A stretch of 32,000 nucleotides of DNA from Promethearchaeum syntrophicum (GTDB taxonomy: Archaea; Asgardarchaeota; Lokiarchaeia; Sigyniarchaeales; Promethearchaeaceae), in the NCBI RefSeq assembly GCF_008000775.2, contig NZ_CP042905.2:1-32000 (forward strand), written 5' to 3'. Below, piece by piece: positions 16,853-25,397 of the stretch (positions are counted from its first letter, which is position 1; every line of letters starts with the position of its first letter). The notes under the pieces were generated by a model. That model was not told the DNA's origin. It did no database searches and saw nothing but the letters and a program-made list of their open reading frames with translations. A program made the position numbers and the translations under genes.

Positions 16853-17473
16853 TTATTCAAATTCATCTATGGAATCCTTTAAAGCGCTCCAACACTGGTT
16901 AACTTCACCACGTTCATCCATAATTTGATCCCATTTCTTATAAATTTCTTTATTTGAACGTTCAAATTCCCTATCAATATCTTTCATTTTATCCTCATCG
17001 GTCGAAATCGATTCAGCTGCAACCATTTTATTTTTGGATTTCTCGATTTTCAACCCTAACATAACGATTTGCTTTCGGATTTTAGCATTATGTACAACTA
17101 ATTTTGAATATTCTTCCATTTTTTTTGTTAATCCTTTCTTCTGTAGTGAGAGATCTTTTAATCTATCGTAAAAACCCTCGATCATTTTTATCTGGTCGTC
17201 CACATCATGTATTTTCTTCTTACAATCAGCAACGTCTTCAGACTCAACTCCCGAATGCTCTTCACGTGAGAGAACATCCATTTGTTTACTTTTGTCTCGG
17301 AGCTTGCGTAAATATTCCTGTAAGTCTTTACCATAGCTTTGATACATTTCTCCAAGTTTTTTTTCTTGGGAACCTAGTGAATTTATCTTATGGGCTATTT
17401 TTGTAAATAAATGAGCCACTTCAACATCTAATTTAGCAAGTTCTATTGCATCCTCGTGCGTTACAATTGGCAT
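16853..17473 (-). CDS. Coiled-coil protein of unknown function, terminal gene of the exosome superoperon
   Basis: 206 aa, K/E/D/Q-rich with heptad-like helices throughout. There is no TM segment and no recognisable motif. It is on the same strand as Pcc1 and 83 nt downstream of it. Confidence 0.6.
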   Translation of the reverse strand: MPIVTHEDAIELAKLDVEVAHLFTKIAHKINSLGSQEKKLGEMYQSYGKDLQEYLRKLRDKSKQMDVLSREEHSGVESEDVADCKKKIHDVDDQIKMIEGFYDRLKDLSLQKKGLTKKMEEYSKLVVHNAKIRKQIVMLGLKIEKSKNKMVAAESISTDEDKMKDIDREFERSNKEIYKKWDQIMDERGEVNQCWSALKDSIDEFE

Positions 17474-17556
17474 AATAATTTTCTCCTAAAAAGAATTTAT
17501 AATCTCTATGTGGATTAGTCCTTAAAAAAATTTAGTGAGGGTGACCAAAAAAAAAC

Positions 17557-17820
17557 CTAAACTTTTGTTAAATTAATGGTTTTTTCAACAATATTCGCAA
17601 ATTGAATTAATGAATTAATTGTTGCGCGAAAAGCAGTTGCATCTTCAGAATCTATTTGAAAATTTATTTCATTAGAATTAACTTTTGGATCCGAAATTGT
17701 CCACTTTGATCGTTTCATGGGCATATCTTGAAATTCTGGGATAAAACTTTTATAAAATATCTCCGCTTCTTTTGCAGAAGTAAACTCGAATTTGATTGAG
17801 CTAATAATTTTCATTGACAA
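17557..17820 (-). CDS. pcc1: KEOPS complex subunit Pcc1
   Basis: 87 aa. IKFEFTSAKEAEIFYKS and SEDATAFRATINSLIQFANIVEKTI parallel archaeal Pcc1 (compare DSSALRGTVNSYLRWI in Pyrococcus, from memory). Confidence 0.75.
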   Translation of the reverse strand: MSMKIISSIKFEFTSAKEAEIFYKSFIPEFQDMPMKRSKWTISDPKVNSNEINFQIDSEDATAFRATINSLIQFANIVEKTINLTKV

Positions 17821-17855
17821 TCATTAATATTTATAAAGAAAATTAGGTAAAAAAT

Positions 17856-18167
17856 CTACTTCTTAATCGTGGAAGCAGGATTTTGCTCGGCTTCACTTGC
17901 CTCTCGAGCCATTCGAATAGCTATTCGGTGAGATTCTTTACCTCTAGCTGTAGCGCTTTCCCAAGAACCGCCCGTCCAGGTAGCTCCGCACTTTTTACAA
18001 TGCCAAACGCCTACAAATTCCCTCATATTCGGAAGTTTAGTGTTACACTTTGGGCATTTAGTAATTCCTTTTTGTTTTGAAGTGATATCCCTCCATTGTT
18101 TACGTAATTTTGAACCATATCGAGCTCCAAATCTACCTGAGATACCAACTTTCTTAGTTTTTCCCAT
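17856..18167 (-). CDS. rpl37ae: 50S ribosomal protein eL43 (L37Ae)
   Basis: 103 aa. GRFGARYG is followed by the zinc ribbon CPKC...CKKCG. Confidence 0.93.
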   Translation of the reverse strand: MGKTKKVGISGRFGARYGSKLRKQWRDITSKQKGITKCPKCNTKLPNMREFVGVWHCKKCGATWTGGSWESATARGKESHRIAIRMAREASEAEQNPASTIKK

Positions 18168-18295
18168 ATGAAAAATAAATTAACATAAATAAAAAATTTT
18201 TTCATTAAACACGCAATTATTCTCAATTGAAAAGGCAGTTAAAGGTTTTTTGATAGAAAAAAAAAGAGTTAATAGCAAATTTTACTAGGGAATTG

Positions 18296-19114
18296 CTATT
18301 TTCGAACATATTGTCGTAAATTTAACTTCTTTCTGAGATCATCAGCGATTTCTATTGCTTTTTGAGAGATCTCCATAATCTCATCGACTGTCCATGTTGC
18401 ACTCCCATATTTTTGAATAGAAGTAATTTGCTTTTTCTCATCAACGGCAAACGCAATCGATCCATCCATGATTAATTCTTCCGATAAATTTGGATCCGTA
18501 AATATAGTTTCACCAATTCGACCAAAGGTAATGCTTAAGGGGATCTCATGAATTGTAATAGGGTTAATCGTCCCATCCCAAATTGCTTCATCATCTTCCC
18601 ATTTTGCACCAGGGATTTTTGCACTAAGTAAAGCTGCAATGGCGGCAATAGCGGCAGCATCTGTTAAATTACCAAAGTAATCCATCATATAACAATCGAC
18701 AAACAATATATATACTGCTTTAAAAGGTTCAATGCATAATTTTTTGTTGTCAACACAATTAGTATGTCTGATTCCTCGATCCACAACCCTCGCAAGTTGA
18801 ATGGAATCTTCTCTAGGAGGGCCAGATTCGAACATTGGGCTCGCAATAGGGACGTACTCACTCATTACAGTAACGACTCCTTGGTCCGGATTATCTGAAT
18901 AAGGTTTTCCAATATCGTATTTAATACCACACATTACACGAGTATCACCTAGGAAAACATCTGCAGAACCCTCAGCTTTAGGACTAAAATTTGTTGTGAT
19001 TTTTATTTCTCTAAATTCAAATAAACCTCTTCCATCAATTCTTTTTCCTTCTTTGAGGAGTTTTAATATATAATTCCTTTCTAATGAGGAAACAATTTGA
19101 TTTACATCAATCAT
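18296..19114 (-). CDS. rrp42: Exosome complex component Rrp42 (RNase PH-like, non-catalytic)
   Basis: 272 aa with RIDGRGLFEFREI and an RNase PH fold pattern. Its ATG overlaps the Rrp41 stop codon. Confidence 0.9.
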   Translation of the reverse strand: MIDVNQIVSSLERNYILKLLKEGKRIDGRGLFEFREIKITTNFSPKAEGSADVFLGDTRVMCGIKYDIGKPYSDNPDQGVVTVMSEYVPIASPMFESGPPREDSIQLARVVDRGIRHTNCVDNKKLCIEPFKAVYILFVDCYMMDYFGNLTDAAAIAAIAALLSAKIPGAKWEDDEAIWDGTINPITIHEIPLSITFGRIGETIFTDPNLSEELIMDGSIAFAVDEKKQITSIQKYGSATWTVDEIMEISQKAIEIADDLRKKLNLRQYVRK

Positions 19115-20157
19115 TTGGGTGTTCCTCCTTTTTCATTTTCTTTTTTTGGAGCATTTTCTTCAATGTTTTTTTTCTTAGAGGCTTTTTTAGTCTCTTTTTT
19201 GGTTGACTTCTTTGGTCCTTTTTTAATCTCTTTCTTTGGCTCTTTCTTTGGTTCTTTTTTTGGTTCTTTCTTTGGTTTTTGTGACTTTTCTTCTTCTTTG
19301 GGTTTCTTAGATTCTTCTTTATTATCTTCAGAAATAACTGTTTTAGAAGGAGCCAATGGTTTATCTTCGGATTTTTTTGGTGCTAATTTCTGATATTCCT
19401 TTGATTCTTTTTCAGCATTGGATTGAATCACTTTATATTTTCCTTTTAGGGCTTCTAATTGTTTTTGATAAATAACCTCTGCTCCTTTTAGAATATATTT
19501 AAATCCAAGTTCCATTTCTTCGATAGACATCTCTCCATCAAATTGCAAAAGAGAAATCGTTTTATCTTTCATAACTACAACAGCGGGAACATCTGCTTGT
19601 CCGACTTTATCTTCTTTATCCCCAAGGTCCAAAATAACTTTATCTTGTGCTTTACCAGCAGCAATTCCAACTATCATGCTTCTCATAGGAATTCCTGCAT
19701 CAGCGAGTGCCAAAGATGCCGCAGTTGTGGAAGCACATCTTGTTCCTCCGTCTGCAGCCATAATTTGAATAAAGACTTCAATTTGGGAGTCTGGATATGC
19801 TTCTAAAAATAATACTGGTTCAATAGCTTCACGAATGACTTTAGAAATTTCATTATCTCGACGATTTGGAGCTGGACTTTTTCTATCATGAACAGAAAAA
19901 GTAGACATACGATAATAAACTCTTAATATACCGCGATCTGGTTTAGCTAAGTGTCTTGGGTGTACTTCTCGGGGGCCATATACGGCAGCATAAATTATAT
20001 TGCCGCCATGGCGAACAACTGCTGAACCTTGAGCATTTTTAATTACGCCAACTTCACATGAAAATGGTCTTGGTTCATCAACATCCCTACCATCTAATCT
20101 TTTTCCATCCTTTCGGAAACAAATTGGATCATGGGGTTCTGGAACTAATACTGGCAT
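19111..20157 (-). CDS. rrp41: Exosome complex exonuclease Rrp41 with a roughly 105-aa lysine-rich C-terminal extension
   Basis: The core (about 243 aa) has RLDGRDVDEPRP and MAADGGTRCASTTAASLALADAGIPM. The tail (residues 244-348) is K/E/P-rich and includes KKEPKKEPKKEPKKEIKKGPKKSTKKETKKASKKK. Confidence 0.92.
   Translation of the reverse strand: MPVLVPEPHDPICFRKDGKRLDGRDVDEPRPFSCEVGVIKNAQGSAVVRHGGNIIYAAVYGPREVHPRHLAKPDRGILRVYYRMSTFSVHDRKSPAPNRRDNEISKVIREAIEPVLFLEAYPDSQIEVFIQIMAADGGTRCASTTAASLALADAGIPMRSMIVGIAAGKAQDKVILDLGDKEDKVGQADVPAVVVMKDKTISLLQFDGEMSIEEMELGFKYILKGAEVIYQKQLEALKGKYKVIQSNAEKESKEYQKLAPKKSEDKPLAPSKTVISEDNKEESKKPKEEEKSQKPKKEPKKEPKKEPKKEIKKGPKKSTKKETKKASKKKNIEENAPKKENEKGGTPK
19168..19272 (-). 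repeat. In-frame 12-nt periodic repeat encoding (KKxx)9 in the Rrp41 tail
   Basis: The plus strand shows reiterated CTTTCTTTGG(T/C)TCTTT units. Translation gives KKEP x3, then KKEI, KKGP, KKST, KKET, KKAS and KKK. Confidence 0.8.
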
Positions 20158-20159
20158 TT

Positions 20160-20918
20160 TTATTCAATACCTCGTTTTTTCTTTTCTTTTATAATATAAT
20201 TTTTAATTCTATCTGTTAAACCAGAAGTATGAGCTTCTTGTTCAATTTTATGAATTGCATCAATTAGCAAACGTTCACTTTCGAAATTTTTTCCGCCTTG
20301 GATTAAAATTCGTCCATTTTGAGCAACAAATACCTTACAATGAAGAAGGTTTTTTAATAGAGTAATCATACTTCCTTTTTTCCCGATTATTCTTGGAATT
20401 TTGGGTGGTGGTACATTAATAATTATTCCATCTTTTATCTGACCGAGATCTTGACCAAGAGAAGTTAATTCAGGTTCATTTAATCGATCACCTGATAGGA
20501 CTTTACATATAAGTAAATCCCCCATTTTTAATTTCTGCATAAGATCATCATCTTTCACATGATAACTTCCCATACTTTTACCATATCCACGATTACGTGT
20601 ATTTCTTTTGAATGCATCTAATGGTTTTAGAATTCCAAGATATTTGGAATTTATATTCAAAAGATATTTTACTGGTGTTTTTGCTATTACTCGCCCAATG
20701 ATTTTATCGCCTAATTGGGGATTATATAAACCGTTTAAAGGAACGACGTTAATATATTTACCACGGATTTCCTTTAAACCAACAAATAATGAGATAATAT
20801 CATTATTTTTTTCACGAATTGCCCCTCTTCCCGGAATTAATTCGGGATCTGTTGAAATTACCATTCCTGGTGTTACAATTTCTCGAGTAGGCGTTTCTAC
20901 ACTTTCCATTTTTTTCAC
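20160..20918 (-). CDS. rrp4: Exosome RNA-binding cap subunit Rrp4 (S1 + KH domains)
   Basis: 252 aa. There is an S1-like segment (GDKIIGRVIAKT) and a KH GxxG motif (IIGKKGSMI). The gene ends 2 nt upstream of the Rrp41 start. Confidence 0.9.
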   Translation of the reverse strand: MKKMESVETPTREIVTPGMVISTDPELIPGRGAIREKNNDIISLFVGLKEIRGKYINVVPLNGLYNPQLGDKIIGRVIAKTPVKYLLNINSKYLGILKPLDAFKRNTRNRGYGKSMGSYHVKDDDLMQKLKMGDLLICKVLSGDRLNEPELTSLGQDLGQIKDGIIINVPPPKIPRIIGKKGSMITLLKNLLHCKVFVAQNGRILIQGGKNFESERLLIDAIHKIEQEAHTSGLTDRIKNYIIKEKKKRGIE

Positions 20919-20966
20919 TTTTATTTAATTAGTATTAATGAGTATAAACTATTTTTTCAGTGGGTT

Positions 20967-21761
20967 TTAATTATTGATCAGTTTTGATTGCATTTTACCG
21001 TGGGTTAAATTATTTAGCTTTTCTAGTAATTCCATTTGTAAACCAGCGGGTAAAGAAACTAAGCCAACCCATGATCCATCAGTTTGCCACTCAGACTTCT
21101 TGACTTGAGCATATTTATCGACGGTATTGTATGCTTTCGGAGCATAAAGTGCCGGAATCTTAATTGCCATTGTTATCGTTTCCATTCGGATAGGAATTAC
21201 CACTTGTATCATTTTTAACACAGAATCAATTTGTTCTTCAGCTGTTTTATCTATATTTATCGATATTTTTGCTTCTTCCATTGCTTTCTCAATTCGTTTA
21301 GGAGGATGAGGTTTTTTTGTTTGTGGATTAATACAATTTCTTGATAAAATCGTAATAATTTGTTTCTTCTTCTTCTCTATCCATTTTTGGCGTTGTTCTT
21401 GAGTCCAAGAAAATTCTCCTTCAAGGAGAAAATGAGCTGCGACTTGATTACCTTCAGTAGTTTGAAAGGCACCCATTAAATCCTCTTCATTAGAACGAAT
21501 AGCTTTTTTTACGTTATTAAAAATATCATAAGTTGGATAAATATCACTTAAATTGATTTCAGAATTATGTAAAATTTCATCTAATTCTAACTCACTTTCA
21601 TCTTTTTTCTGCTTTCTGAGTACATTAATAATCTGCTTTGCCTTCCATGCTTCTTCAGGATCAGCGATCATTTCAAAATACAGATTTTTCTTTCGCACTT
21701 TGACAATGATATATTTACCAAGATCAAAATTGCCTTTTGGTCCACCCCTTGATTGAGACAT
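20967..21761 (-). CDS. sdo1: SBDS-family ribosome maturation protein
   Basis: 264 aa. The N-terminal FYSH-like segment is YIIVKVRKKNLYFEMIADPEEAWK. It sits in the conserved position between psmA and rrp4. GGTGG lies about 8 nt upstream of the ATG. Confidence 0.85.
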   Translation of the reverse strand: MSQSRGGPKGNFDLGKYIIVKVRKKNLYFEMIADPEEAWKAKQIINVLRKQKKDESELELDEILHNSEINLSDIYPTYDIFNNVKKAIRSNEEDLMGAFQTTEGNQVAAHFLLEGEFSWTQEQRQKWIEKKKKQIITILSRNCINPQTKKPHPPKRIEKAMEEAKISINIDKTAEEQIDSVLKMIQVVIPIRMETITMAIKIPALYAPKAYNTVDKYAQVKKSEWQTDGSWVGLVSLPAGLQMELLEKLNNLTHGKMQSKLINN

Positions 21762-21955
21762 TTTTTTCCACCTTTTTTAAAGTAAAGAAAATCGTTGCAT
21801 TTTAAGGTTACAGCATTAATTACTTACAAAAATTTTGATTAACCGCCATGAAGGAAGTTAATTGCTTCGAAATCCTTTAATTTTCGAATGAAATCTTTGA
21901 TATTCAAAAGAACTAATACAAAAAGGTAAAAAAAGTTTATTCAAATTAATTCAAA

Positions 21956-22681
21956 TTATTTTTCATTTAATTTGTCAAGTAATTTTTTATTGTCTTCTAA
22001 GGAGAAGAATGTCCACTTCTTTTCCTTTTTCTCAATGATTGCAATTTCAAACATATCTTCTTTGATCTCGCCTTCAATTACTTCTTTTAATGACCGAATT
22101 GTTAACAATTTTAACTCTTCAAAAGAAAGGGATGGTTTATACTCTTTTGAAAGGAATTCTCTAACAGCAGGACTCCCAGAACCAATTGCGCAAGCATGAT
22201 ATCCCCAAAAAGCTCCCGATGGATCTGTTAGAAAAAGCTTTGTTCCATCATCTGGATCAATCCCACCAATTAAAAATGAAACTCCAAAAGGCCTGACTCC
22301 TGCATTTTGAGTATAAAGCTGCATCTGATCGCAGAGATCTCGAGTTGTTTCTAAAACTGTAACTTTTTCATTATAACTTAATATATTTACTTGAGCATGA
22401 ACACGGGCTTGTTCAACAAGAGTACGCGCATCTGCAGTTAACCCAGCTATTGCCACTCCAACATGATCATCAATTTTAAAGAGTTTTTCAGATCCTATAT
22501 TTTCTTGTAAAGCTAATTGCCGTTTCTCAACACAAAAGACTACTGCATCATCATTTTTAACTGCAATTGCAGTAGTTCCTCGTCTTACTGCTTCTATTGC
22601 GTATTCTACCTGAAATAATCGTCCATCTGGACTGAAAATAGTGATAGCTCTGTCATAACCCATACCAGCTTGTGAAAACAT
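21956..22681 (-). CDS. psmA: Proteasome alpha subunit
   Basis: 241 aa with the alpha-subunit signature YDRAITIFSPDGRLFQVEYA. Confidence 0.95.
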   Translation of the reverse strand: MFSQAGMGYDRAITIFSPDGRLFQVEYAIEAVRRGTTAIAVKNDDAVVFCVEKRQLALQENIGSEKLFKIDDHVGVAIAGLTADARTLVEQARVHAQVNILSYNEKVTVLETTRDLCDQMQLYTQNAGVRPFGVSFLIGGIDPDDGTKLFLTDPSGAFWGYHACAIGSGSPAVREFLSKEYKPSLSFEELKLLTIRSLKEVIEGEIKEDMFEIAIIEKKEKKWTFFSLEDNKKLLDKLNEK

Positions 22682-22756
22682 TTTTTTTTTACTCCGATAA
22701 TTCTCTTACTAATAAAAAATATTAAACAATACTTATTATTTTTATTCTTATAATTC

Positions 22757-23548
22757 ATGATGACTCAAACCATTTTCTTTTCTCCTACAAATTCAACCCT
22801 TAAAATTACAACTACAATTGCTGATGCGTTCAAATTTGAAAAATTGCCAGACTTTAATTTAACATTTCCATCAAAACGTAAAATTGAAAATATTGGTGCT
22901 AAAGCTGATATACTAATTTTTGGTGCACCAGTTTATGCAGGGAAAATTCCCTCCATGATTATTCCAGCCATAAAAAATATGATTGGAAGAAATCGATGGA
23001 TAATACCAATTGCAATATACGGAAATGTAAGAGTAGGGAATGCGTTATCCGAAATGATTTATCTTTTTCGTGAACAAGGATTTAGAATTTTAGCAGCAGG
23101 ATCATTCATTGGAGAACATTCTTTTACTGATAATGATTTAAAATTGGCTGTTAATCGCCCAGATTATGATGATCTAAAAATAGCAAGAGAATTTGGGGTT
23201 AAAATTCGAGAAAAACTTGAATCCGACCCTAAAGAAATTGACATGTTAGGGCAAAAACCAGATATTTCAGAGGCAAATTTTGAATATAAAGCAAGGAATT
23301 TGATAAAAATAATTAGGGTTCATGGAGAAAAATGCAATCGTTGCATGGGTTGTTGGTCAATATGTCCTACAGAAGCGATTGATATGGATACACTCGAAAT
23401 TCATGAAGAAAAATGTTTTAGGTGCTGTGCGTGTGTTAAATGCTGTAATTTTAATGTAAGGGAAATAGATTTCACAATGGCTCCTGAAATGAAAGAAAAA
23501 TTTATGGAATTTTCAAAAATAAGAAAGGAACCAGAATTTTTTTTATGA
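22757..23548 (+). CDS. Flavodoxin-like domain fused to a 2x[4Fe-4S] ferredoxin domain
   Basis: The N-terminal flavodoxin-like segment is ADILIFGAPVYAGKIPS. The C-terminal part has CNRCMGCWSICP and CFRCCACVKCC. Confidence 0.75.
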   Translation: MMTQTIFFSPTNSTLKITTTIADAFKFEKLPDFNLTFPSKRKIENIGAKADILIFGAPVYAGKIPSMIIPAIKNMIGRNRWIIPIAIYGNVRVGNALSEMIYLFREQGFRILAAGSFIGEHSFTDNDLKLAVNRPDYDDLKIAREFGVKIREKLESDPKEIDMLGQKPDISEANFEYKARNLIKIIRVHGEKCNRCMGCWSICPTEAIDMDTLEIHEEKCFRCCACVKCCNFNVREIDFTMAPEMKEKFMEFSKIRKEPEFFL

Positions 23549-23564
23549 ATTGAAACAATTTAAA

Positions 23565-24062
23565 TTAAATTTTTAATAATTTTTTCCAATCAATTGATTT
23601 CGTGGTCGCGTGCAAGCGATGATCATCATCAACTAAATGATACTTATGTTTTATGAAATATTTTTCTGCAAATTTTCTCACCGGTTCTAAGGGAACAACC
23701 TCATCGTTTTTTCCATGGAATATTATTACTGAATTATCATTCTTTTTTAATTTAAAATTTTCGGGAATCAGAGGAGAAACTAAAGCAGGAGCCATTAAAA
23801 TGGCTTTTTCCACTTTTTCGGGATGTTCCATCATATAAAGAGCACCCATTAATCCTCCAAAGCTGGATCCAATAAAAACCCACTTCTCTTCTGCCATTAA
23901 AACGTTTCTTAATTGTTCCATTCTTTCAAGAAGTTCTCCAGTGAAATCTGGGGTGATAATTTCGGGAAATATTGATCTTAAATAGTTTCCTTTGAATCCA
24001 TGTCCAGAACTTTCATATCCATGAATAAATATTATTTTTGGAGCTTGGGTTGTGTCTACCAT
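23565..24062 (-). CDS. Small alpha/beta-fold serine hydrolase (YqiA/esterase-like)
   Basis: 165 aa. The nucleophile elbow is GSSFGG. The acid residue is in HGKNDEVVP and the His in DDDHRLH. Confidence 0.75.
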   Translation of the reverse strand: MVDTTQAPKIIFIHGYESSGHGFKGNYLRSIFPEIITPDFTGELLERMEQLRNVLMAEEKWVFIGSSFGGLMGALYMMEHPEKVEKAILMAPALVSPLIPENFKLKKNDNSVIIFHGKNDEVVPLEPVRKFAEKYFIKHKYHLVDDDHRLHATTKSIDWKKLLKI

Positions 24063-24116
24063 GATTTTTCAAAAGTCGAAAATCATTAAAACGTTTGTTA
24101 TTTTACTTTGATTTAT

Positions 24117-24971
24117 ATGCTTTTTAGAAATTTAACCATAAATGATTTGGATTTTGCATTAAACCTTACAAAAATTGAAAATTGGGGAACTACTCGCGAG
24201 GAATTAGAAGATCTTATTTTAAACTCTTCAAAATGTGCGTTGTTAGCCACTATTAAAGATAAACCTGTGGGGATGATTTTTACAGTGTCGTATAATAATT
24301 TTGGTTTTATCGGAAATCTTATTGTTAAAAAAGAATTCCGAAACCAAGGAATTGGGAAACAACTTATGCAGAAAGCTATATCACATTTGGAAGACATGGG
24401 GAATTCTTTAATTATGTTAGATGGTGTGGAAGCAGCTGTTGGGCTTTATCAAAGTTTAGGCTTTAAAAGAAGTTGTAAATCCTTACGAATGAAAGGGAAA
24501 ATCATGTTCAAACCAAGCTCTCGTGTATTTCAGATGAAAAATGAAGATTTTCAGGATGTTTTGAATCTTGATCGCAGAATTTTTCAAGCAGATCGCGAGT
24601 TTTTACTCAGACAGCTCTTCACTCGATATACACCACACTGTAAAATCATCAAGAAAGATGAAAAGATAACAGGATTCATTATGGCCATTCCTAAAGAAAA
24701 ATTTTTGAAAATTGGGCCATGGATAGTGGATAGCGAGTGCGAATTTGAACCGGACTTATTAGTGCATAGCTTAAAAATTAATGAAAAATCATTCAATATT
24801 CAATTGGGCATGTTAGAATCTAATAAATTTGCTGTTAAAATTGCAGAAAAATGTAAACTTCAATCTTATTCGTATTCAAATCGAATGATATATAATTCTA
24901 AGGACATAGGGGATATAAGAAATCAATTTAAAAAAGGTATGTTAGCGATAGGTGGACCTGATCGTGGTTAA
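24117..24971 (+). CDS. GNAT-family N-acetyltransferase with a C-terminal extension
   Basis: The acetyl-CoA binding motif is VKKEFRNQGIGKQLMQKAI. The ORF opens at the TTG at 24108, but the first ATG at 24117 was used as the start. Confidence 0.8.
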   Translation: MLFRNLTINDLDFALNLTKIENWGTTREELEDLILNSSKCALLATIKDKPVGMIFTVSYNNFGFIGNLIVKKEFRNQGIGKQLMQKAISHLEDMGNSLIMLDGVEAAVGLYQSLGFKRSCKSLRMKGKIMFKPSSRVFQMKNEDFQDVLNLDRRIFQADREFLLRQLFTRYTPHCKIIKKDEKITGFIMAIPKEKFLKIGPWIVDSECEFEPDLLVHSLKINEKSFNIQLGMLESNKFAVKIAEKCKLQSYSYSNRMIYNSKDIGDIRNQFKKGMLAIGGPDRG

Positions 24972-25016
24972 AAAATAAATAGAAGAAAAAGAAAAAATGC
25001 TATAAAATTTCTTAAA

Positions 25017-25397
25017 CTATATTTTATCCCAAGACCAACGATTTAATTGAATTGAAGCTATAGCAGGAGCAGGTTTTGAACCAGCTTCCATGTGAACCAC
25101 AATATAGTTCTTTGATTTTGTAATACATCCCACTAAGGCATCCTTATCTTTAATATTTCGTGCAGCAAACTGAAGATCTTCCCAGCTGAGTATAGGATAT
25201 CGCTTAGTCGTCCATTCTACAGCGGGTTTACGATTTAGCCAAGCATCCATTAAAATTTTCCCTTCATTATCCGAAATAAAATTGGGATCTAAGCGAAATA
25301 AAACTTCTCCATCTCGGTTAAGAACAGCCATATTTCCAAACCCGGGATTTTCTTCTTGAAAAGTAACGTATTCTGATTTGATTCTTTCTTCATCCAT
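25017..25397 (-). CDS. Small alpha/beta protein, profilin-like (alternatively Roadblock/LC7-like)
   Basis: 126 aa. The order of elements recalls profilin. They are an N-terminal helix (KSEYVTFQEE), a strand pair (MAVLNRDGEVLFRL), KRYPILSWED...ALVGCITKSKNYIVVHMEAG (compare G.KY.VI.GE...GG.TIKKT.QALV.G.Y.E) and a C-terminal helix. This was matched by eye only. Confidence 0.35.
   Translation of the reverse strand: MDEERIKSEYVTFQEENPGFGNMAVLNRDGEVLFRLDPNFISDNEGKILMDAWLNRKPAVEWTTKRYPILSWEDLQFAARNIKDKDALVGCITKSKNYIVVHMEAGSKPAPAIASIQLNRWSWDKI

Noticed and set aside
16853-17473. Considered calling the coiled-coil protein prefoldin beta, or an ESCRT-III/PspA-like protein, because of its position and helicity.
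   Set aside because: At 206 aa it is too long for prefoldin beta, and it has no central beta-hairpin. It lacks a basic N-terminus with an acidic C-terminus and has no MIM-like end. Nothing beyond coiled-coil character supports either call.
19168-19272. Short tandem DNA repeat (CTTTCTTTGGTTCTTT units) that could be mistaken for a CRISPR-like or satellite array.
   Set aside because: The period is 12 nt with no spacers, it lies in-frame inside rrp41, and it translates to KKxx repeats. It is a coding low-complexity repeat, not a CRISPR array.
19097-19393. 98-aa plus-strand ORF rich in F/S/G repeats. The same applies to the other antisense ORFs in the track: 1780-2142, 3225-3413, 3504-3830, 8176-8559, 11639-11860, 13029-13211, 13132-13488, 17104-17406, 17883-18080, 18023-18226, 19543-19806, 20608-20928, 21553-21756, 21972-22199, 23653-23838, 24113-24397, 24584-24796, 28273-28482, 28982-29167, 30621-30905 and 31617-31820.
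   Set aside because: Each lies entirely antisense to a gene with strong family motifs, or across tRNA-Ser in the case of 8176-8559. Their translations are low-complexity mirror images of the sense codons, with F/L/S-rich stretches opposite K/E-rich ones. None shows a motif or an independent start context.
21866-21888. Hairpin TTCGAAA-(9 nt)-TTTCGAA in the psmA-SBDS spacer, considered as an intrinsic terminator or a small RNA.
   Set aside because: Archaeal termination does not require hairpins. No C/D-box or H/ACA-like motifs (RUGAUGA, CUGA, ACA) flank it, and a 7-bp stem alone is weak evidence.
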